Source: Oceanospirillaceae bacterium (GTDB taxonomy: Bacteria; Pseudomonadota; Gammaproteobacteria; Pseudomonadales; Balneatricaceae). From it: a DNA stretch of 64,000 nucleotides. The stretch covers positions 11,053-75,052 of the forward strand of contig JABSRB010000020.1 of NCBI GenBank assembly GCA_013215375.1, read 5' to 3'. A program made the position numbers and the translations under genes. The notes beneath the pieces were generated by a model that was not told the DNA's origin, made no database searches, and worked only from the letters and a program-made list of their open reading frames with translations. Of the stretch, positions 40,243 through 50,193 are shown piece by piece; the first letter of the stretch is position 1; the number at the start of each line of letters is the position of its first letter.

Positions 40243-41710
40243 TAACGCCTATTGCACTACCTACCCCCTGAGGTTTATCTAATAAAACATGCAGATCAAA
40301 GATCTTTTCCAATCTACCTTGTACATCCTCACTGGCAAAACAGGTCTTTGCCGAATTTAAATCCATGTGCAATAACATGTGTTCGCCAGTGGCCAACAAT
40401 TTACCAGAGGGCATATGCATTAAGCGATGAAACAAATGCATGCGCTTTCTATCACAGCTAATCAGCTGAGTAGTTACCTGCAACTCCTCATTGAGGCTTG
40501 CCTCAGCTAAATGCCTGATATGTGTCTCTACCGTAAAATAGCTACCACCTTTGGCGATATAGTCTTCATCAACTCCGACATAGGCCATAAAATTATCCGT
40601 TGCTGCAGACAATACAGTCAGATAATGTGATTCATTCATGTGCCCGTTGTAATCAATCCATGCTGGTAGCACTCTTCCCTCATACATGATTAAAGGCTCA
40701 GCGTTCGATGGTATTACCGCTGGCTGTGGCTGCGCTGCTAGAAGCTGTTGATCATATGCCTTCAACAATTTTCCAACACCCCAGTTGTGGGCCTTTTGTA
40801 CCCGCATGATTCCTACTAAGTTATCGTCGCGAATCCGCTCTAGCTGACGAATACTATAAGCGCCAGATTGCCGATCAGATTGGCTGGCGATCTTTTCTAT
40901 CAAATCATCAGTCAGCTCTGGCACGTCCATTAATTTTGTCCAGGGCCACTGTAAAGCGGGGCCAAACTGCGCAATAAAATGCGCCATACCCGCCTCGCCA
41001 CCCGCTATACGATAGGTTTCAAATAGACCCATTTGTGCCCAGCGAAGGCCAAAGCCAAAGCGAATTGCATCATCTATTTCCTCAGTGGTCGCCACATCAT
41101 CTTTAATCAGCCACAGCGCTTCTCGCCACACCGCCTCTAGCAGCCTATCGGCAATATGCGCGTCTATTTCACGTCGCACCAACAGCGGGCTCATACCTAT
41201 ATCAGTCAAAACCTGTAATACTTGTTGCGCTAAATCGACACTATTATCAACACTGGCCACCACTTCAACGAGAGGCAGTAAATACACCGGATTAAACGGG
41301 TGCGCGACAAAAATTTGCCCGGGGTTAACGCTGTTTTTCTGTAATTGGCTAGGGGTAAAACCTGATGTAGAAGAACCTATGATGGCATCACTTTTACAAT
41401 ACCTTTGCAATTCTTTGAACACAGAGTGTTTTAACGCTAAACGCTCAGGAACGCTCTCTTGTATCCACTGCGCATTTTCCACAGCTTGCTCTAGCGTATC
41501 GCAATAACACAGCTTCCCTTCACTCGGCATTGCCACATCGGCAAGCGCAGGTAAAGACCTGCGCGCATTATCCAACACTTGCTGTATTTTTTCTGCAGCG
41601 CCTGGTTGCGGATCAAACACATTGACATCCCAGCCATTTAAAATGAAACGCGCTATCCAACCGCCACCGATAACACCACCACCAATACATGCTGCTTGTT
41701 TTCTCATCAC
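40235..41710 (-). CDS. lcdH: L-carnitine dehydrogenase fused to a C-terminal hot-dog thioesterase domain
   Basis: GGGVIGGGW Rossmann motif and a 3-hydroxyacyl-CoA dehydrogenase-like core (~320 aa). C-terminal ~150 aa are 4HBT-like (YNGHMNESHYLTV). Adjacent to a BKACE gene, as in cdhCAB loci. Confidence 0.8.
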   Translation of the reverse strand: MMRKQAACIGGGVIGGGWIARFILNGWDVNVFDPQPGAAEKIQQVLDNARRSLPALADVAMPSEGKLCYCDTLEQAVENAQWIQESVPERLALKHSVFKELQRYCKSDAIIGSSTSGFTPSQLQKNSVNPGQIFVAHPFNPVYLLPLVEVVASVDNSVDLAQQVLQVLTDIGMSPLLVRREIDAHIADRLLEAVWREALWLIKDDVATTEEIDDAIRFGFGLRWAQMGLFETYRIAGGEAGMAHFIAQFGPALQWPWTKLMDVPELTDDLIEKIASQSDRQSGAYSIRQLERIRDDNLVGIMRVQKAHNWGVGKLLKAYDQQLLAAQPQPAVIPSNAEPLIMYEGRVLPAWIDYNGHMNESHYLTVLSAATDNFMAYVGVDEDYIAKGGSYFTVETHIRHLAEASLNEELQVTTQLISCDRKRMHLFHRLMHMPSGKLLATGEHMLLHMDLNSAKTCFASEDVQGRLEKIFDLHVLLDKPQGVGSAIGVRS

Positions 41711-41720
41711 TTTATCCTAG

Positions 41721-42638
41721 TTAGATTGACAGTGGTGCACGCTTCACAAGCTGCAATTTTTCTCTCACTTCGCCAGGTGTCATCAACTGCCCACCTAAAT
41801 TAGCGACTATATTGGCGGCTTTATCCACCAGCTGTGCATTTGTTGCCAACTGCCCTTTTGCCAGCCATAAATTGTCCTCTAAGCCTACGCGAATGTTACC
41901 ACCTGCTAACATCGCTGCAGCGCTAAAGGGCATCTGATGACGGCCAATAGAAAAGGCTGAGAAGGTCCAGTTCTTGGGAATATTATTTACCATCGCCATA
42001 AAGGTATTCAGATCATCTGGCGCACCCCAGGGAATTCCCATACACAGCTGAATCATCACCGGGTCATCAATAAGCCCTTCCTCGACCAGCTGTTTGGCTA
42101 ACCATAAATGACCGGTATCAAAAACTTCAATTTCAGCCCTCACCCCCGCTAACTGCATTTGCTTGGCCATCGCTCTGAGCATGCCGGGGGTGTTTGTCAT
42201 CACATAGTCAGCCTCGGCAAAGTTCATCGTGCCGCAATCCAAGGTGCATATTTCCGGCAGACAATGCCTGATGTGCTCCACTCGCTCAGTTGCACCCACC
42301 ATATCGGTAGCACCCGCTTTAAAAGGCAGTGGCTGTTCGCTGGAACCAAACACAATATCGCCACCCATACCCGCGGTCAGATTTAATATCACATCAACTT
42401 CACTATCGCGCACTCTATGCGTCAATTCACGGTACAGGGAAATATCACGGCTCGGCTCGCCGCTAATAGGATCTCTGACATGACAGTGCACAATAGCAGC
42501 CCCTGCTCTTGCTGCTTCTATGCAACTATTGGCAATTTGTTCAGGGCTGCGCGGTACATGTTCCGAGCGATCTTGCGTGGCACCTGAACCGGTAACAGCA
42601 CAGGTAATAAAGGGGGTATGATTCATGGTTAATGGCAT
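41721..42638 (-). CDS. cdhC: BKACE-family enzyme (3-keto-5-aminohexanoate cleavage-like; dehydrocarnitine cleavage CdhC-like)
   Basis: 305 aa. Motifs: ITCAVTGSG, IVHCHVRDP, IRVGLEDN, typical of DUF849/BKACE. Confidence 0.8.
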   Translation of the reverse strand: MPLTMNHTPFITCAVTGSGATQDRSEHVPRSPEQIANSCIEAARAGAAIVHCHVRDPISGEPSRDISLYRELTHRVRDSEVDVILNLTAGMGGDIVFGSSEQPLPFKAGATDMVGATERVEHIRHCLPEICTLDCGTMNFAEADYVMTNTPGMLRAMAKQMQLAGVRAEIEVFDTGHLWLAKQLVEEGLIDDPVMIQLCMGIPWGAPDDLNTFMAMVNNIPKNWTFSAFSIGRHQMPFSAAAMLAGGNIRVGLEDNLWLAKGQLATNAQLVDKAANIVANLGGQLMTPGEVREKLQLVKRAPLSI

Positions 42639-42756
42639 ATCGACCTCATTGTTATGATTCTTTGGTCAGCTTCTCATAACAAAACGATAATTAATTTGCA
42701 TTTAACGAACACTATTTGATAAATTGCGAACACACAGTCTACAAACAACAATAACT

Positions 42757-43731
42757 ATGCCTTTATTTTCTCCCAATAACAGCACTCTTGACGTCAGTAT
42801 CTTACTGCTACCCGAGTCTTCGCTAATGTCTTTAGCTTGCAGCTTAGATACTATGCGAGCGGCAAATCGCATCGCCACCACTAAACTTTTTCGTTGGAAA
42901 ATATTGAGCATCGATGGGTTACCAGTACATCTTTCATGTGGCCAAGTCATTCACCCTGATGCTGACTTCAACAGCCAGCATAAAGGCGATTTACTCATTT
43001 GCATTGCTGCATTTCATCATCAAAAGCATATGCCTGAGCAGCAGTTACAGTTATTTAAACGCAGAGTTCGCGAGTACCCTTATTTAGGCTCGGTGGAATC
43101 AGGCAGCTGGATACTTGCCAGAGCCGGGCTATTAAAAGGCTTGCGGGCAACCACCCACTGGGAAGATTTAGAGGATTTCAGAAATCAATTTAGCAACATC
43201 CAAGTACAACCGGATCGCTATGTGATTGATGGACGAGTTTTTACCACAGGGGGAGCCTCGCCGACATTTGATTTGTTTTTGCACCTGATTAGAACCCGAT
43301 TTGGCCACGCACTAGCATTAGAAGTAGCTAGTGTCTTTATTTACGATGGCACGCATCAGGCACAAACTCCGCAGCCAGTTGTATCCCTAGGATTTTTACA
43401 ACAGCAATCACCCAGTGTTAGCGCCGCGATTAAACTCATGGGTGAACATATTGACGAGCCGTTATCTATCCCAGATATCGCAAATCAGCTACAGCTGTCT
43501 AGACGTTCCTTAGAAAAGCAATTTAGCAGCCAGCTAAGCATTAGCCCACAACGTTATTACAAGAGGATGCGCATGCAAATCGCCAAGCGATTAGTGGTTG
43601 ATTCACATAATAGCTTGCAAGAGATAGCGCTACGGACAGGATTTAGCTCGCTTGCAGTATTTTCTAGGGAATTTAAACTGAGCTTTGGGAGTAGCCCTAG
43701 TCATTTTAGAAAAAAACACACTACAAATTAA
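42757..43731 (+). CDS. cdhR: GlxA-family AraC regulator, divergent from cdhC (CdhR-like)
   Basis: DJ-1-like N-domain plus AraC HTH (LQEIALRTGFSSLAVFSREFK). ATG at 42757 preferred over the TTG at 42724. Confidence 0.8.
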   Translation: MPLFSPNNSTLDVSILLLPESSLMSLACSLDTMRAANRIATTKLFRWKILSIDGLPVHLSCGQVIHPDADFNSQHKGDLLICIAAFHHQKHMPEQQLQLFKRRVREYPYLGSVESGSWILARAGLLKGLRATTHWEDLEDFRNQFSNIQVQPDRYVIDGRVFTTGGASPTFDLFLHLIRTRFGHALALEVASVFIYDGTHQAQTPQPVVSLGFLQQQSPSVSAAIKLMGEHIDEPLSIPDIANQLQLSRRSLEKQFSSQLSISPQRYYKRMRMQIAKRLVVDSHNSLQEIALRTGFSSLAVFSREFKLSFGSSPSHFRKKHTTN

Positions 43732-44148
43732 TGAAATACTGTTTTCATTAATCGTTCCTTTTACGGATATTTGTTGGAAAGAAACTACCAATCATCAGGC
43801 TTCAAGAGAGATTCAATAATCGTTTAAAATTAGCATCACTAAAAGCATACCCGCCAATTCTGTTTCAATTTTCACAACTAACTCTGCACACGAAATTGAT
43901 GCGCGTAATGCTTTAGATTAGTCAAAAGTACGGGTGCAGCACAGCTTATTCAGAGAGGCGAGGCATTGAGCAAAAATTAGTTATGCGGCGAGGGCTTAAG
44001 CCTTTAGGAGGATGTAATTTAGACTCCGCTTAATTAACCTCTATCAAACTATCCTATCTCGTTTTTGATTCCATATCTTTTACGCTTCCAACTATCAAGT
44101 CAGGGATAATTTCTATATTGATAATACAATTAAAAACTTACCAAACAC

Positions 44149-46893
44149 TCAGCTTACAGCCGCTGACATCAACTTATTAAGCTCTGCAACTACTCTCTCT
44201 CTTTCATTACTCTCATTCGTCGCTAAACGAAGCAAAGGCAGTGACTGCTTCTCTAAAATACTATCTTTACACTTGTCTCTCTTACTCTGCTTCTCATTCA
44301 TTGCATGAAATGAATAACCATCAACTTCAATTGCTAATACTGGCTGCTTATCAAGTTTGTTGAACAGCAAAAAATCAACATGACTATATGTATGATTGGC
44401 AAACTTACGCTGCTCAGGGTCCAGCCTTGAGAAATCATTCACGAATAGATGTAAGGGGTAATCTCTATAGTAATAAAATGAGCGGTACAACTCCAAATCA
44501 AGAATTTCATCTAGCAGTGTTGCCATTAAGTTTTCAGAGGGATATTTCGATTTATCGTTCACTTTACTTCTAAATGCATTTAATACTGTCGAATACTCCT
44601 TATACAAACAATCAAAAATGGAAATCGTTTTACTCTCGATAATACAAGGCGCTAATGTCTGGTATTCAATATGGCGGAGTAAATCACCAATATTAGAGCC
44701 TTGATTCTTCATTACGTTAGGCGAGGTAACCATCACAAATCTATTTTTAGCTCTAGAGACAGCAACATTTAATAAATTAGGCTTATCAATATATTTCTTA
44801 AGCTCATTCGCTGCAGTACTAAATATAATGCACTCTTTCTCTCTTCCTTGGAACTTATGCACGGTATCAGCTACTAGGCCAGCTGTAGTAATACGCTTTG
44901 CTGCTTCATCCGCCTGCGCTCTATAAGGCGAAATAAAACCGATGTTATCACTCGATGTTAGTTTAAGCTCCTCTGTTAATATTTCGTTATTAATGACGTC
45001 TATTTCTCTGACATTGAAATAACCGTTTCCTGTTTTGGGTTTGCGTGCATGATTTCCTTTTACCGTTTTAACAATTTTAAACGGATCTTCTTTACCAATC
45101 GTCATAACGATCAATTGACCGTTGTAATACTTTTGATTACAGAAATCTATAATTCTTGGATGACATCTATAATGCTCTTTTAGCAACGTATTTGGGATAG
45201 CTGGAAACAAGCAGATAAGCGATGATAAAAGGCTTTCTTGAAAATAGCTGTACCCTGCAGGAATACTAAACTTTGCATCAATTGAACTATTTATTTTGCT
45301 GTCAGGTATATGCGGTAATTGCTGCATATCACCGACGACAATAATATTTTTGGTACTAGACATCGTTAAAAATCCTGCTATCAAATTAACTTGTGATGCC
45401 TCATCAACAATCAGGTAATCAAATAAAGCTGCTTGATTTTTATTATTGATGATGGAGTCGGTTGTGCTCAAGACAACCGGAAAGCGCTTTAAAAAATCAT
45501 CAAAATTCTGCTTGTAATTTTTTTGAGTAAATTCAATATCCCTATGCGCCTGATATTTATCAGCAATAAAATCCTTAAATATTAAAATTGAAGATTCAGT
45601 TAGTCTCTTTAGTAGTCTATCAAAGTCATCGCTGGCTAATGATTGCTCTATAGCAGTGGTTTCATCTAATAATTCATTAGACCTTGTTTGATAATACTCG
45701 CTGATAACGCCTTTGAAAATATCATTATTCAATGATTGGAAATCACTAAATTTAAAAATTCGATATTTATATAACCACTTAAATTTCGTTTGAAAGCTTA
45801 AGTTTTCATTTTGTGATTGGTGCATAAAATCAGCCATGAAACGCAAAATATGAGGAGCCTTCCATCTATTAAAGAAAGAAAGCCCTTTCATATTGATGGG
45901 CAAAATATCAAAATGCTTATCGAAATACTTTCTCTCTAATTGCAATCGACTATAGGCTTCTTTAACAATTGCCAGTTGATTATTATGTTCCAATAATCGA
46001 GTAATTCGCTCACTGATATCCTTTAGCTCTGCTTTCAGATCTGCCAATAACTCGCGTGACAAACTCCACTTCGAAAGTTCTGGTAATTTGTACTCTGATT
46101 CAAAAAACGCTTGCTGGCGCTCTGAGCTACCCAAACTAGCGGCAATAAGGCCAATTCCCTCTTTCTCTAATTTTTCGTAAACATTAGCTACTGCAGAATT
46201 ATTACCAGCAACCACAGCAACGCTTTTTCCTTGCATAACTAAATTGGTAATAATATTAAGAATGGTCTGGGTTTTACCGGTCCCTGGTGGGCCTTGAATA
46301 AGGCTTATTTGGCTTTCTAATGCGTTAAAAACAGCTTGACGCTGGGAGGGATTAATACCGAAAGGGAACAATGGCACATCACAAAGCAGCTCGCGCTTAG
46401 ATACATCACCAGTGACTAATGCATGACCAACAGATTCAGGCTGAATGTAGCCTAGCTTATCTTTGTAATATCTAGATAAATAAGCCATTTTGGGGTTAGC
46501 CTCATCAGATAAGCGGGCTAATTCAAAATAATATTCAACTATTTTTTTAGTATCTGCTCGCTCTGTTAAATCAGTTAACAATTCAATATCAGTGATTTTT
46601 TCCAACTGTGTTGTAGATTCAGAAAATAAGCGTACATAACTACCGAACGAGATAGCAGCATCCCACTTAGCGATACTTTTACCCTTAATACGTACTAGGG
46701 CACCCTCTAATTCAAAATTGCGCGGCTGATCAAAGAACTGAACTTTAGTTTTCCCGTATCTAAAATCATTTGCTGAATTTTTAAAAGCAACTATATAATA
46801 GTCACCACTTGGGGTAATAGAACTTATAGAACGTGTCTTATCAACCCACCCACTTCCCTGTAGTGTTCTGACTAAATATTTCTTTTCATCCAT
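44149..46893 (-). CDS. SF1 (Upf1/DNA2-like, COG1112-type) helicase with unknown N-domain and C-terminal DUF2726-type PD-(D/E)xK nuclease domain
   Basis: Helicase motifs: GPPGTGKT (Walker A), LIVDEASQ, VVGDMQQLP, HYRCHPRIIDF, FQGREKECIIFS, LNVAVSRAKNRF. The C-terminal VDFLLFNK..PVLAIEVDGYSFH resembles DUF2726. The gene is AT-rich and starts 31 nt after the hsdR stop. Confidence 0.8.
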   Translation of the reverse strand: MDEKKYLVRTLQGSGWVDKTRSISSITPSGDYYIVAFKNSANDFRYGKTKVQFFDQPRNFELEGALVRIKGKSIAKWDAAISFGSYVRLFSESTTQLEKITDIELLTDLTERADTKKIVEYYFELARLSDEANPKMAYLSRYYKDKLGYIQPESVGHALVTGDVSKRELLCDVPLFPFGINPSQRQAVFNALESQISLIQGPPGTGKTQTILNIITNLVMQGKSVAVVAGNNSAVANVYEKLEKEGIGLIAASLGSSERQQAFFESEYKLPELSKWSLSRELLADLKAELKDISERITRLLEHNNQLAIVKEAYSRLQLERKYFDKHFDILPINMKGLSFFNRWKAPHILRFMADFMHQSQNENLSFQTKFKWLYKYRIFKFSDFQSLNNDIFKGVISEYYQTRSNELLDETTAIEQSLASDDFDRLLKRLTESSILIFKDFIADKYQAHRDIEFTQKNYKQNFDDFLKRFPVVLSTTDSIINNKNQAALFDYLIVDEASQVNLIAGFLTMSSTKNIIVVGDMQQLPHIPDSKINSSIDAKFSIPAGYSYFQESLLSSLICLFPAIPNTLLKEHYRCHPRIIDFCNQKYYNGQLIVMTIGKEDPFKIVKTVKGNHARKPKTGNGYFNVREIDVINNEILTEELKLTSSDNIGFISPYRAQADEAAKRITTAGLVADTVHKFQGREKECIIFSTAANELKKYIDKPNLLNVAVSRAKNRFVMVTSPNVMKNQGSNIGDLLRHIEYQTLAPCIIESKTISIFDCLYKEYSTVLNAFRSKVNDKSKYPSENLMATLLDEILDLELYRSFYYYRDYPLHLFVNDFSRLDPEQRKFANHTYSHVDFLLFNKLDKQPVLAIEVDGYSFHAMNEKQSKRDKCKDSILEKQSLPLLRLATNESNERERVVAELNKLMSAAVS

Positions 46894-46924
46894 GATTCGC
46901 TGCTATTCAGATATCAATGATTAA

Positions 46925-49900
46925 TTATTTTTTCAACAAATCAAAGATGGTTTTTACAAATTCTGCTGCTCTACTCGGGTCAGAAAGCAATTGCATCATC
47001 TGATTTTGCTGTGCTTCACTGCTACTTAAAATGGCATCATCAATCGCTTTGGGAAAATCACCCAACATTGCTTGCTCTGCCGTATTGCTGGCAAGCTGCT
47101 GCATCACTAAAACATTCTCTTTCACTTTATCTCGAATGCTATAGGCATAACTCACTAAATCGCTCTCTGTTAGCTCATCGGTGATAAACACTTCATTTAA
47201 ACGATTGATCAACTGCGAGAGCATTTCTTCTTTGCGATCCTTAGGTGCAGCACTACCAACACCTTCACCTGGATCAAGTGTATATTCAGCTTCATCTTCT
47301 TGCAGTTTCAAATGTTGCTGTTTAATTTTTGACAAACGGTAGTGGCTTAGCTCAACATTGCTTAAGTCGATGTCGTCCTCATCAAGCAAGCTTTCACGTA
47401 ACATTGGACGCAAGTGCCTCGCGTATAAACTCAGCTTCTCTAAAGCTTTGTCATCGTAATCCACTATTTGCGACATAAACTCATAAAAGCGCACAAAAGA
47501 GCCCAAGTCTTTTTTAAAGATCTCTAAGGTATCTTTCTCTTTTTTGCATTCTTTAAAGCTGTTCTCGGCGTTTGCTATCAATACCGCATCATTGGTGCGT
47601 TTAGTACGCTCAAACATTTCCCTCGCTTGCTTGTACGCCTCTATTGCCAATTTGTAACGCCCAGTCCAACGCTCTACCGCGGGTTTACAAATATTGGAGA
47701 TGGCCGCATTGCTTTTGTTCTTAACAAAAAAGGCCGTACAAAACTGCTCGACTTCATGGCCCTTATAAATACTCGTTGCATTGAGTTTCTCCAACAAATC
47801 ATAAATAAGGTTAGGGTCTGAGACATCCGTGAGCGCCGCCGTTTGAAAGTAAGGTTGAAAGGCCTCGAGAATATCGGCGCTATCATTGAAGAAATCCAAC
47901 ACAAAAGTACCTGTTTGCGCTTTACCCGGGAAGGTACGATTTAACCGTGATAAGGTCTGCACACATTCAACCCCGCCTAACTTTTTATCAACGTACATCG
48001 CGCACAGTTTGGGCTGGTCAAAACCTGTCTGGAATTTATTCGCCACCAGCATCACTTGATAATCATCACTATCGAACGCCTTGCGCAAATCGCGCCCCTT
48101 CAGATTAGGATTCATATTCATTTCGGTGAACTTTTCATTAATGATCCCCGCACTATTTGGGTCTTTATCGCTGAATTCTACTTCACCTGAAAAGGCCACC
48201 ATCGCATGCAGTTTCTGATAGCCTTGCTCATGAATATATTTATCAAAAGCTAACTTATAACGCACTGCTTCTTTGCGTGAGCTAGTAACGACCATCGCCT
48301 TAGCCTGACCGCCAAGTAGCCCCATCACGTTATCTTTAAAGTGCTCGATGATCACTTGTACTTTTTGACTGATATTGTAATCGTGCAATCGCACCCATTG
48401 GTTGAGTTTTACCTTGGCTTTCTTGCTTTCAACCTCTTCATCACTGCCCTTGATTTTCATCGCCAAATTGTAGGCAACTTTATAATTGGTGTAGTTTTGC
48501 AGCACATCCAAAATAAAGCCTTCTTCAATCGCCTGACGCATACTGTACACATGATAAGCTTGTGGTTTATTAGTCTTAGAAGGCTGTTCTTTAGGCTTAG
48601 GTAAGCGCCCAAATAGCTCAAGGGTTTTGGTTTTAGGCGTTGCAGTAAAGGCCAAATAACTTAAATTACTGGATGCGCGGCGCGAAGCCACTGCCGCATC
48701 TAAAATATCATCGGTACTCAGGTCTTCATCAGCTCCCTTACTGTCAATCATTAACACTTCTTTGAGCTGTCTTGCAGTGCTGCCCGTCTGCGAGCTGTGT
48801 GCTTCATCGGCAATCACTACATAGTTGCGCTCTTTCAAGCTAACACTATTTTCGATCGCTTTTAATACATAGGGAAAGGTCTGAATCGTCACAATAATAA
48901 TCGGCTGCGAATTTTCTAAGGCACTGGCTAACTTCTCTGATTTAGAGCCATCACCTTCATCGCGGTTAATACGCCCTACTACACCGTCCACTGAGGTAAA
49001 CTGCGAGATAGTCTCTTGCAGCTGATCATCTAATACCGTTCTGTCGGTGACAACAATCACCGAATCAAATAACTTTTCACCACCAGCGCTATAGAGTGAT
49101 GAGAGCTGATGCGCACACCAAGCGATAGAATTAGACTTACCAGAACCGGCACTGTGTTGAATAAGATACTTTTGACCCGGCCCCTCACTGCGCGCGGCAC
49201 TCACCAGCTTGTTCACAACATCCCATTGATGATAGCGCGGGAAGATTAAGGTCTCTTTTTTCGACTTTCGCCCCTCCCAGTCCTCTTTTTCTTCTATTTG
49301 TAAATGCACAAAACGAGCCAGAATATTGAGCAAGTTATCGGGTTGTAATACTTCATTGTAAAGATAATCCGTGGCGTATTGATTAACATCTGCTGGTACA
49401 TCATTACCCGCACCGCCCTCTTTAGTGCCTTTATTAAAAGGCAAAAAGAAAGTATCGCTACCTTGCAACCGAGTCGCCATATACACTTCATACTGACTCA
49501 CCGCAAAATGCACCAACGCACCGCGCTTGAAAGTAAGTAATGGCTCTGGCTTTTTAGTCGCAGGATCTATCGCCAAGCGGGTGGTTTTATACTGCTTAAT
49601 CGCATTTTCAACCGACTGCTTGAACTCTGACTTTAGCTCTAAAGTGGCCACCGGCAAGCCATTGACAAACAGTACCAAATCGATACGCCACGCCTTAGCT
49701 TTTTTCCCCGTCGCCGCAAGCTCTTCCTCACTCGCCCAAGGGCTATACACAAGTTCCGGCACTACCCGTAAACGGTTCTTTTTATAGCGCGCTAAGGTAT
49801 CAGGGTTTAAATCGTGCTCAGGCTTAAATTGGCACAAGCTAAAACGCGTACCGCGATCACGTATCTCATGGCGCAACACCCCTAAAGTACCGAAAGTGCG

Positions 49901-50182
49901 CAGCGCTTTGTTGGCGGCATTAGGATCAGCTTTATTCAGCTGCACTGCGACGCGCTCTAGGAATTTTTCTTCGGTATACTCTTTATTATTTTCTTTAGGG
50001 GGGTAAAGCGCACAGAATTTTTGCCACTGCTGCGCTTGAGTGTCTTTGACAAAACCGATGACATCTTCTACATATAAAGCCAGTTCGCGGTTATAATTTT
50101 CAGGCTTACCTAACAGCCAGCCGTTGGCGATTAGCTGGCGAATCATATCATTTTGAAACGTTAACTCGTTTGCCTTACTCAT
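46925..50182 (-). CDS. hsdR: Type I restriction enzyme R subunit
   Basis: 1085 aa. N-terminal PD-(D/E)xK motif (RIDLVLFVNGLPVATLELK), Walker A (SAGSGKS), DEAH box (IADEAHSSQ), FTATP, and a long helical C-terminus. Confidence 0.93.
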   Translation of the reverse strand: MSKANELTFQNDMIRQLIANGWLLGKPENYNRELALYVEDVIGFVKDTQAQQWQKFCALYPPKENNKEYTEEKFLERVAVQLNKADPNAANKALRTFGTLGVLRHEIRDRGTRFSLCQFKPEHDLNPDTLARYKKNRLRVVPELVYSPWASEEELAATGKKAKAWRIDLVLFVNGLPVATLELKSEFKQSVENAIKQYKTTRLAIDPATKKPEPLLTFKRGALVHFAVSQYEVYMATRLQGSDTFFLPFNKGTKEGGAGNDVPADVNQYATDYLYNEVLQPDNLLNILARFVHLQIEEKEDWEGRKSKKETLIFPRYHQWDVVNKLVSAARSEGPGQKYLIQHSAGSGKSNSIAWCAHQLSSLYSAGGEKLFDSVIVVTDRTVLDDQLQETISQFTSVDGVVGRINRDEGDGSKSEKLASALENSQPIIIVTIQTFPYVLKAIENSVSLKERNYVVIADEAHSSQTGSTARQLKEVLMIDSKGADEDLSTDDILDAAVASRRASSNLSYLAFTATPKTKTLELFGRLPKPKEQPSKTNKPQAYHVYSMRQAIEEGFILDVLQNYTNYKVAYNLAMKIKGSDEEVESKKAKVKLNQWVRLHDYNISQKVQVIIEHFKDNVMGLLGGQAKAMVVTSSRKEAVRYKLAFDKYIHEQGYQKLHAMVAFSGEVEFSDKDPNSAGIINEKFTEMNMNPNLKGRDLRKAFDSDDYQVMLVANKFQTGFDQPKLCAMYVDKKLGGVECVQTLSRLNRTFPGKAQTGTFVLDFFNDSADILEAFQPYFQTAALTDVSDPNLIYDLLEKLNATSIYKGHEVEQFCTAFFVKNKSNAAISNICKPAVERWTGRYKLAIEAYKQAREMFERTKRTNDAVLIANAENSFKECKKEKDTLEIFKKDLGSFVRFYEFMSQIVDYDDKALEKLSLYARHLRPMLRESLLDEDDIDLSNVELSHYRLSKIKQQHLKLQEDEAEYTLDPGEGVGSAAPKDRKEEMLSQLINRLNEVFITDELTESDLVSYAYSIRDKVKENVLVMQQLASNTAEQAMLGDFPKAIDDAILSSSEAQQNQMMQLLSDPSRAAEFVKTIFDLLKK

Positions 50183-50193
50183 TAATTAATCCC

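Noticed and set aside
43990-44030. Motifs shared between the left island flank (AATTTAGaCTCCGCTT) and the right-flank palindromic element (CTCCGCTT / AATTTAG), considered as possible island-bounding repeats.
   Set aside because: Only 7-8-mers are shared, and in a different order. By rough estimate several such matches are expected by chance when comparing two ~500-nt regions on both strands.
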